Below are positions 57,255 through 64,000 of a stretch of DNA of 64,000 bases, in pieces. The translations under genes were made by a program, and so were the position numbers. The notes under the pieces are model-generated. The model was not told where the DNA came from. It saw only the letters and a program-made list of their open reading frames with translations, and did no database searches. This DNA is from Alphaproteobacteria bacterium UBA6411 (lineage in GTDB: Bacteria; Pseudomonadota; Alphaproteobacteria; CAAGCB01; CAG-977), in NCBI GenBank assembly GCA_002438565.1, contig DJPN01000022.1, forward strand, positions 2,492-66,491, written 5' to 3'. The first letter of the stretch is position 1. The number at the start of each line of letters is the position of its first letter.

Positions 57255-59131
57255 TATTCACGCTCTCTAATCAAGCAGGATTTCAAATCTTCCGCCAACC
57301 GCGCGCACAACACGCGCAACTGCCGCTCCATTCCTGCAACAAAAGTCCTGTAACGCGATTTTCCGTTGACTTCGGCTTCCCTGTAAATCGGGGCATAAGC
57401 CGCCAGTTCGGCGTGCTTCGCAGTTAATTCAGCCCAGTAGCTTTGGGCGGCGGGCAGCGTTTCAAAAGACGACATTTGCAATATTTTGACCGTTCCGTCA
57501 GCCAAAACAGGCTTGTGAACCGGCGTTTTGGCCGCGGGAATCAACGCGGCGGATGCCGTTTTGGCTTCATCAATCCGTTTTAAATCGGTCCATTCCAAAA
57601 TCTTCGCCCGTTCGTCCGCGCCCAAAGCCGTCAAACGCACCTGCTGTTCCGACGGCGCATAATCATAGGAAACTTCTTTAAATCCCTGCGGAGCGTTACG
57701 CGACAGATTGTTTTCCAACATGTCCGCCATGCCCGCAACCGATGTCGTCAAAGAAAACGACGGCAGCGGATCCACGCCCAGCGCCATAAACAAATCGCTT
57801 TCGGCCGCCTTGTAGTCAGCATAAGCCAAATCTCGTTCCAAATGCGTTGTCAGCACGTCAACGGCCTGCAAAACAGCGGCGCGGCGTTCCTCCACGGTGT
57901 TTGTTTTTTCGTCGAAAGTTTTTTGCCACAGCTTGTCCGTCACGTTTTCCAAAGAATCCGCCGCCCCGAACGCATCCGCCGCCAGACGCAGCTGCAGATA
58001 AGACACATTGACCTGCGAAATGACGGCAACAGTCATGGCTTCGCGGCGCAAACGTTCCAGCTTTTGCTTGTCTTTGGCCGTGCGAACGGCTTGCGGTCTG
58101 GAAAACAATCCCAGCAGATTCCAAGTCACGCCCATTCCCGCGTCAGCCCAATTTTTGCTTTTCAAGTACGAATTGGAATTGTAATTCAACCCCGCCGAAA
58201 ATTCAATTCCGGGGAAAATGCGCAAAATTTCCTTTTTGGCTTCGCGTTCGGCAATGCGCGCCTGATAATCGCCGATGCGCAATTCCGGACGGTTGACCAA
58301 AGCGAAATGTTCCAAATCAATCTGGCCGAATTCACGCACGACCCGCGGCGTGTCCATTGCTTTGGGAATGTCCAGCGAAAACGCCGTCGCCGGCGGCAAA
58401 TTCATCAGCGCCGCCAATTCGGCTTTGGACGTCAGCACTTCTTTTTTCAAAGAATTCAGTTTTTGCAAAGCCTGCAGCAGCTTCCGCTGTTCCGCCAAAC
58501 CTTCAACCGAATTTCCGGACAGCCCCGTTCTGACAATTTCCTGTTCCAAAGCGGACGTCATCGCATTGACGTCTTCGGCGACACGCTGAGCCGCCGCCGT
58601 GCGCCAAAACGCCGCGCGAACATCATGAACCAGTCTTTGCAAAGACTTGCGCCGCGCTTCTTCGGCGATAAAGCGGCGGTCGGACGCCTGTTTGGCATTC
58701 ACATAACTGATGCCGAAATCCAGCACGTTATACACGATTTGCAAATCGGCTTCCCGTGCGGATTTGTCGGAAACAATCAAGCTTTCGTTGCCGTCCGCGT
58801 CCTTTGCCGAAACTTTCAGTCTTTCCGATTTCGTCGTAAAACCGCCGGAAGCCGCCAGTTGCGGCAGCATATCCATGGTCGCCGAATCGGAAATCCCCGC
58901 AGCTATCGCCTGTTCCATCGCGTCAACCCGCTGACGGGCGTTGTATTTCACCGCGCGGGCGATTGCCTCGTAAAGCGTTACCGGTTTGGTCAATTCTTCC
59001 TGCCCGCCGAACAAAGCGGTTTTGTCCATGTCGGCACGCGCGGCGCGGTCGGCAATATTCGTCGGCTGAGTGCTGACGGCACACGCCGCCAGTCCGAATG
59101 AAACCAAAGCAAATCCCAACAAATTACGCAT
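57254..59131 (-). CDS. TolC-family outer-membrane lipoprotein with a C-terminal SPOR-like domain
   Basis: 625 aa. There is a lipobox in FGLAAC|A. Two OEP-type repeat halves are present (LYEAIARAVKYN ..., coiled alpha-barrel segments). The C-terminal ~75 aa (VKILQMSSFETLPAAQSYWAELTAKH ... YRTFVAGM ...) read like a SPOR fold. Confidence 0.65.
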   Translation of the reverse strand: MRNLLGFALVSFGLAACAVSTQPTNIADRAARADMDKTALFGGQEELTKPVTLYEAIARAVKYNARQRVDAMEQAIAAGISDSATMDMLPQLAASGGFTTKSERLKVSAKDADGNESLIVSDKSAREADLQIVYNVLDFGISYVNAKQASDRRFIAEEARRKSLQRLVHDVRAAFWRTAAAQRVAEDVNAMTSALEQEIVRTGLSGNSVEGLAEQRKLLQALQKLNSLKKEVLTSKAELAALMNLPPATAFSLDIPKAMDTPRVVREFGQIDLEHFALVNRPELRIGDYQARIAEREAKKEILRIFPGIEFSAGLNYNSNSYLKSKNWADAGMGVTWNLLGLFSRPQAVRTAKDKQKLERLRREAMTVAVISQVNVSYLQLRLAADAFGAADSLENVTDKLWQKTFDEKTNTVEERRAAVLQAVDVLTTHLERDLAYADYKAAESDLFMALGVDPLPSFSLTTSVAGMADMLENNLSRNAPQGFKEVSYDYAPSEQQVRLTALGADERAKILEWTDLKRIDEAKTASAALIPAAKTPVHKPVLADGTVKILQMSSFETLPAAQSYWAELTAKHAELAAYAPIYREAEVNGKSRYRTFVAGMERQLRVLCARLAEDLKSCLIRERE

Positions 59132-59316
59132 AAGAAAATCCTGTATCGGTCAAGCCTGCAACCGCACGGTTTGCGGCACATTTTTTATCAAGATACAATA
59201 TATAGCCGTTCTGGCAACAACTTTTTACCATTTTTTAACATTTTCCTTTTGTTTGGCAAACGAACGGCGCCAAAGTATTCAAACCTTGACGCCGCTTGAT
59301 AAACAGTTGGCAAATT

Positions 59317-61503
59317 TTATCGCGAAAAATGCTTGTTTTTCATTTGGGCAAGGACGCTTGCCGTTTGATTTTGGCGCTGTTTCTGGCGGTTTTCCTCGCG
59401 CACCGCCTGCAGCACCACGACGGAATGAGGCTGGGCGCGATAGTTGCCGTCCCTGATTTCACGCTGTTCGACGGGCAGTTTTTCAACGCCCAAATGCGCG
59501 GTGTCGAAAGCGACTTCCCACTTTTGACCGTTCGGCGCGGGCGGTGTTCTGAAATCGACTTCGCCGTTGTGCGCGTTCATAATGACCATGAAATCGTCGT
59601 CCGCGGGTTTGCCGTCCTTTTTCGTCTTTTCCCCCGCCAAAACATAGGACAGCGTTTTGGCAAACGGCTGCCAGTCGCCGCCCGTCATTTCCTGTCCGTC
59701 GGGACGGATGAAAGTAATGTCTTTAGTCCCCTTGTCGTCGACAGGCTGCCCGTCAAAATAATCGACATTGCCCAAAACGGGGTGTTCGCGGCGCAGTTTC
59801 GTCATAAAGCCGACCATTTCCGCCGATTTTACATCGCGGTCTGAAATCTTGTCCCAGTTCACCCAGCTGGTTTCGTTGTCTTGACAATACGGGTTGTTGT
59901 TGCCGTTCTGCGAACGGTTGAATTCGTCGCCCGCCAAACGCATCGGCACGCCCGAAGCCATTAACAATGTCGCTTCCAAGTTTCGCACCATTTTGTTGCG
60001 GAATTCGTCCAAGCCTTCGTCCCGATAGCCCTCGTGCCCCCAGTTGCGGCCGAAGTTCTGGTTTGCCCCATCGGTGTTGTGCCACGGGTTGGCTTCGTTG
60101 TGTTTCTGTTCGTACGACCACAAGTCTTTGGCGGTAAAGCCGTCGTGCGCCGTCACAAAGTTGACGGACGGCGACATTCTTTCGCCCTCGTTTTTCATAT
60201 CGTCGGACGCGGTCATGCGCTGCGCCATTTTGGCGGCGAAGCCCTCGTTCCCGCACCAGAAACGGCGGGTGTCGTCGCGGAAACGGTCGTTCCACTGCAT
60301 CCAGTTTTTCTGGAAATTGCCGACTTGGTATCCGCCCGCGCCGCAGTCCCATGGTTCGGCAATCAGCTTGCATTTCGACAGCACGGGGTCGTTTCTCAAC
60401 GCTTCGTAAAACGGATGGTTCTTGTCAAAGTCGCGATTGGCGGGGTCGCCCTCGCGTCCGCGTCCCATAACGGTCGCCAAATCAAAACGGAATCCGTCAA
60501 CGCCCATTTCCTCCGCCCAATAGCGCAGGGAATCGACCGCCAGACGGCGCGCCATCGGCTTGGTCATATCCAAAGCGTTGCCGCAGCCCGTTTCGTTGCG
60601 GTATTCGGATTTGTCGTTCGGGTTGTGGACAAAGTAATACGCGCTGTCAATGCCTTTCAAACTCAGCATTTGCGTATGCGCGTCGCCCTCGCCCACATGG
60701 TTGTAAACGACATCCATAATGACTTCCTTGCCCGCCGCGTGATAAGCGTTGACCATTTTTTTGAATTCGACGGGATCGCCGTAATCGGGGTGCGGCGCGA
60801 AATAAGCAATCGGCTCATACCCCCAGTAGTTCGACAGTCCGTTTTTGGCAACGGCTTCATCGGTCGCAAAAGCCTGCACGGGCAGCAGTTCGACGGACGA
60901 AATCCCCTGTTCGTCAATGTATTTCATCACTTCGGGGTTCGCCATTCCCGCGAATTTGCCCTTGTCGGCGGCGGGAACGTCGGGGTGCTTTATCGTAAAG
61001 CCCTTGGCGTGCGTTTCGTAAACGACGGTTTGATTCCACGGCACATTGGGTTTTTCGACCGTTCCGACCGCCTTTAACGCTTCGGGGTCTTGAATAATCG
61101 CCTTGGGCGCGATTCTGCCCGTGTCGGCCGTGTTTTTCGATTTTTTGTCATTCGGATACGATGCCAGATAGTCATCGTTCCATTCAAATTCCCTGTCCAA
61201 CTGACGGGCGTACGGGTCAATCAACAGCTTGTTCGGATTGAAGCGCATGCCGCGGTCGGGGTCATAAGGGCCGTCCACGCGATAGCCGTAGCGCATCCCC
61301 GGCTTTGCATCGGGCAGATAGCCCGACCAGATTCCGTCCTCGGAACGGCTGGGCAATTCGATTCGCGTTTCGTTTTCGTTTTCATCGAACAGGCAAAGCT
61401 CGACTTTTGTCGCGTTTTCGGAAAACAGCGCGAAATTCACGCCCTTTCCGTCATACGTCGCGCCCAGTTTTTCGGGATTGCCCTGTAAAATTTTCGCTGT
61501 CAT
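59317..61503 (-). CDS. glgX: Glycogen debranching enzyme GlgX
   Basis: 728 aa, with LGATYDGKGVNFALFS, DVVYNHVGEG, GFRFDLA, EPWD and FVTAHDGF (GH13 regions I-IV). Confidence 0.92.
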   Translation of the reverse strand: MTAKILQGNPEKLGATYDGKGVNFALFSENATKVELCLFDENENETRIELPSRSEDGIWSGYLPDAKPGMRYGYRVDGPYDPDRGMRFNPNKLLIDPYARQLDREFEWNDDYLASYPNDKKSKNTADTGRIAPKAIIQDPEALKAVGTVEKPNVPWNQTVVYETHAKGFTIKHPDVPAADKGKFAGMANPEVMKYIDEQGISSVELLPVQAFATDEAVAKNGLSNYWGYEPIAYFAPHPDYGDPVEFKKMVNAYHAAGKEVIMDVVYNHVGEGDAHTQMLSLKGIDSAYYFVHNPNDKSEYRNETGCGNALDMTKPMARRLAVDSLRYWAEEMGVDGFRFDLATVMGRGREGDPANRDFDKNHPFYEALRNDPVLSKCKLIAEPWDCGAGGYQVGNFQKNWMQWNDRFRDDTRRFWCGNEGFAAKMAQRMTASDDMKNEGERMSPSVNFVTAHDGFTAKDLWSYEQKHNEANPWHNTDGANQNFGRNWGHEGYRDEGLDEFRNKMVRNLEATLLMASGVPMRLAGDEFNRSQNGNNNPYCQDNETSWVNWDKISDRDVKSAEMVGFMTKLRREHPVLGNVDYFDGQPVDDKGTKDITFIRPDGQEMTGGDWQPFAKTLSYVLAGEKTKKDGKPADDDFMVIMNAHNGEVDFRTPPAPNGQKWEVAFDTAHLGVEKLPVEQREIRDGNYRAQPHSVVVLQAVREENRQKQRQNQTASVLAQMKNKHFSR

Positions 61504-61556
61504 AAAAAAACGCCCTTTCTCGCTTATTTAGACAAAGTTTAGCGAAAAAGGGCGTG
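61504..61556 (-). terminator. Long hairpin terminator after rfbB
   Basis: CGCCCTTTCTCGC / GCGAAAAAGGGCG (13 bp with 1 mismatch and an 18-nt loop). On the minus strand it is followed by T7 abutting the glgX ATG. Confidence 0.6.
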
Positions 61557-61589
61557 GTTGACAAGGATATTTTTTGTCAAAAAAATTTT

Positions 61590-62606
61590 TTATCGACGGT
61601 TTTTCAAATACCATTCAACGGTTTTGACAATGCCCGTATCAAAGTTTTCGTCGGCTTTCCAGCCCAGTTCCGTTTCCAGCTTTGTCGCGTCGATGGCGTA
61701 GCGGCGGTCGTGTCCCGCGCGGTCTTTGACGAACGTAATCAGTTCTTCGTACTTATGACCGTTCGCACGCGGCACTTCCCTGTCCAAAATGCGGCAAATC
61801 GTCGTTACAATCGTGATGTTGTCGCGTTCGTTGCGGCCGCCGATGTTATACGTTTCGCCCGAACGTCCTTTCGTCCAAACCAAATTGATGGCTTTGCAGT
61901 GGTCAAGGACGTACAGCCAGTCGCGGATATTCTTGCCGTCGCCGTAAATCGGCAGGGGCTTTTCCGCCAAAGCGCTTTGAATGATGTGCGGAATCAGCTT
62001 TTCGGGATGCTGTTTCGGGCCGTAGTTGTTTGAGCAGTTCGACGTCGTCACGTTCATGCCGTAGGTGTGGTGGTACGCGCGCACCAGCATATCGGACGAC
62101 GCTTTCGACGCGGAATAGGGCGAATTGGGCGCGTACGGCGTCGTTTCCGTAAAGAATCCCGTCGCCCCCAAAGTCCCGTACACTTCGTCGGTGGAAATGT
62201 GATGGAAACGGCAGTTTTCGTATCCCGCCTTGACAACGTTCGGCGCGTCCATCCAATGGCGGCGCGCGGCGTCCAACAGCGTAAACGTCCCCAACACGTT
62301 CGTTTTGACAAAAATTTCAGGACCTTTAATCGAATTGTCGACGTGGCTTTCTGCGGCAAAATGAATCACGCCTTTGAAGTCGTATTTGTCAAACAACGCG
62401 TTGACCAGTTCCTTGTCCGCGATATCGCCCTTGACAAAGATATAGTTCGGATTGCCCTGCACTTCCGCCAAATTGCGCTCGTCGGCGGCGTATGTCATCG
62501 CGTCCAGATTGACAACCGTCAATTCGGGGTGGGTTTCCAAAAAATAGGGAACGAAGTTCGAGCCGATAAAGCCCGCTCCGCCCGTGATTAAAATCGTGCC
62601 AGACAT
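61590..62606 (-). CDS. rfbB: dTDP-glucose 4,6-dehydratase
   Basis: MSGTILITGGAGFIGSNF ..., YSASKASSD. I prefer the ATG at 62606; the track start at 62627 is TTG. Confidence 0.93.
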   Translation of the reverse strand: MSGTILITGGAGFIGSNFVPYFLETHPELTVVNLDAMTYAADERNLAEVQGNPNYIFVKGDIADKELVNALFDKYDFKGVIHFAAESHVDNSIKGPEIFVKTNVLGTFTLLDAARRHWMDAPNVVKAGYENCRFHHISTDEVYGTLGATGFFTETTPYAPNSPYSASKASSDMLVRAYHHTYGMNVTTSNCSNNYGPKQHPEKLIPHIIQSALAEKPLPIYGDGKNIRDWLYVLDHCKAINLVWTKGRSGETYNIGGRNERDNITIVTTICRILDREVPRANGHKYEELITFVKDRAGHDRRYAIDATKLETELGWKADENFDTGIVKTVEWYLKNRR

Positions 62607-63406
62607 TTTTCCAAACTTTCCTGCCAATGCGGGACGTCAATTCCCATGGATTTGATTTTCGCTTTATTCAAAACGGAATAAAACGGACGTTTTGCTTTTG
62701 TCGGATACTGCGCCGATTCAATGGCGTTGACGCGGCATTTCAGTCCCGACAGCTTCATGATTTCGCGGGCGAAGTCATACCAGCTGCACACGCCCTCGTT
62801 TGAAAAGTGATAGGTTTCCTTTGTGCCGTCCTTGATTTGGGGCAGCAAATCGACGATTGCCCGCGCCAAATCGGCGGCGTACGTCGGCGTTCCGATTTGG
62901 TCGAACACGACGTTCAAGCTGTCGCGCTCCGCCCCCAAACGGCGCATTGTTTTGACAAAATTGTTGCCGTACGGACTGTACAGCCATGCCGTGCGGACAA
63001 TCGCGCACGTTTTGGCATGGGCTTTCAGCGCCTCTTCGCCGTCGCGTTTGGTGATGCCGTACACGCTGACGGGATTCGTCGCATCCGTTTCGGTATAAGG
63101 GCGATGCCCCAAGCCGTCAAAAACGTAATCGGTCGAAACGTGAACAACCTTCGCCCCCGACTTGCCCAAATTCGCGACGCCGTCCACATTGACCGCGCGG
63201 CATTTTTCGGGTTCGTCCTCGGCTTTGTCCACCGCGGTATAAGCGGCGCAGTTGACAATCGTGTCGACACCTTGTTCGTCGACAAAGCGTTTGACGGCCG
63301 CCGCGTCCGTAATGTCCAAATCGGGCATGTCAACGCCCAAAGCATCGGGCAGCAGAGCTTTCAGCTCGGTTCCCAGCTGACCGTTTACCCCTGTAATCAA
63401 AAGCAT
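62588..63406 (-). CDS. rfbD: dTDP-4-dehydrorhamnose reductase
   Basis: 272 aa, with MLLITGVNGQLG ..., AAYTAVDKAE and STDYVFDG. Confidence 0.92.
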   Translation of the reverse strand: MLLITGVNGQLGTELKALLPDALGVDMPDLDITDAAAVKRFVDEQGVDTIVNCAAYTAVDKAEDEPEKCRAVNVDGVANLGKSGAKVVHVSTDYVFDGLGHRPYTETDATNPVSVYGITKRDGEEALKAHAKTCAIVRTAWLYSPYGNNFVKTMRRLGAERDSLNVVFDQIGTPTYAADLARAIVDLLPQIKDGTKETYHFSNEGVCSWYDFAREIMKLSGLKCRVNAIESAQYPTKAKRPFYSVLNKAKIKSMGIDVPHWQESLEKCLARF

Positions 63407-63945
63407 GTTTCAAAATCCTTGAACAACGGATGAAGCTTGTCCTTTTCGGATAAAATGCGGTCTTCGGCGGGAATTTGCCAATCAATGCCCAAATCGGGGT
63501 CGTTGCAGTCGATGCCGCCTTCGGATTCCTTGCAGTACAGGTTGTCGCATTTATATGCGAACACAGCCGTTCTGCTCAGCACGGAAAAACCGTGGGCAAA
63601 GCCGCGCGGAATGAACAGCTGCAAGTTGTTTACGTCACTGAGTTCGACGGCGACGTGCCTGCCGTACGTTTCCGATCCTTTGCGCAAATCGACCGCAACA
63701 TCCAAAACGGAACCCTGCAGCACGCGCACCAGTTTCGCCTGCGCGTGCGCGCCCTTTTGGAAATGCAAGCCGCGAATAACGCCGTAAGACGATTTGGACT
63801 GGTTGTCCTGCACGAATTTCGCCGTGATGCCGTTGTCGTTGAACAGCTTTTCATTGTACGTTTCAAAGAAATAGCCGCGATCGTCCGTAAAAATACGCGG
63901 TTCAAAAATGACAACGTCTTTGATTTTTGTCGAAATAAAAGGCAT
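63397..63945 (-). CDS. rfbC: dTDP-4-dehydrorhamnose 3,5-epimerase
   Basis: 182 aa, with FTDDRGYFFE, RGLHFQ, KLVRVLQGSVLDVAVDLR and IPRGFAHGF. Confidence 0.93.
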   Translation of the reverse strand: MPFISTKIKDVVIFEPRIFTDDRGYFFETYNEKLFNDNGITAKFVQDNQSKSSYGVIRGLHFQKGAHAQAKLVRVLQGSVLDVAVDLRKGSETYGRHVAVELSDVNNLQLFIPRGFAHGFSVLSRTAVFAYKCDNLYCKESEGGIDCNDPDLGIDWQIPAEDRILSEKDKLHPLFKDFETCF

Positions 63946-63946
63946 T

Positions 63947-64000
63947 TTAGACCTCGGGTGTTTTGATTTCGCCGTTTGCCAGTTTCAGCAAGTACTGACC
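63947..64000 (-). CDS. rfbA: Glucose-1-phosphate thymidylyltransferase, last 17 codons only
   Basis: The reverse strand reads GQYLLKLANGEIKTPEV* with TAA at comp. 63949-63947. The C-terminal YGQYL-type ending and the synteny with rfbCDB support the call. The gene is open at the window edge. Confidence 0.6.
   Translation of the reverse strand, partial: GQYLLKLANGEIKTPEV

Overview
This is a 64-kb chromosomal segment, almost certainly from an alphaproteobacterium. The lineage markers are GapR/DUF2312, TrcR/DUF1013, DUF4167 next to prmC-prfA, and a bactofilin plus LmdC-type M23 peptidase pair. I call about 70 genes. Most lie on the minus strand and are tightly packed, with many 1-4 nt start/stop overlaps. 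The core content is: clpB (partial, open at the left edge); prfA-hisS-ispG-rodZ, with prmC after a 143-nt spacer; lysC; mlaA-mlaC; rpsD; RNase J; pdxY; dapL-dapF; secD-secF-yajC; glgX; and rfbA(partial)-C-D-B. An N-type (alternative) F1Fo ATPase operon, atpD-C-Q-R-B-E-F-A-G, runs from 41063 down to 34249. An N-domain-less Clp/Hsp100 paralog sits directly upstream of it, and ftsB is translationally coupled to its last gene. The accessory regions worth a second look are as follows. (1) 45.5-48.1 kb is an AT-richer plus-strand islet carrying a promoter, a ~270-nt highly structured RNA ending in a terminator that sequesters the next gene's ribosome-binding site, an EcoRI-family adenine methyltransferase, and a translationally coupled DUF262(ParB-like)-HNH nuclease. 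This is my best candidate for an undescribed RNA-associated restriction-modification-like or defence module. (2) 1.6-8.1 kb is a glycosylation cassette (RgpF-like protein plus a 1358-aa triple-GT2 mosaic protein) bracketed by an intact serine recombinase and a catalytically dead paralog. (3) 25.2-26.2 kb is an orphan gene with an HNH-like motif flanked by 12-bp direct repeats. (4) Smaller items are tandem DHH/DHHA1 paralogs, a triple-repeat protein, and a TolC-SPOR fusion. I saw no rRNA, tRNA, CRISPR array or transposase. Function calls rest on motifs read by eye from the translations, and no database search was possible.
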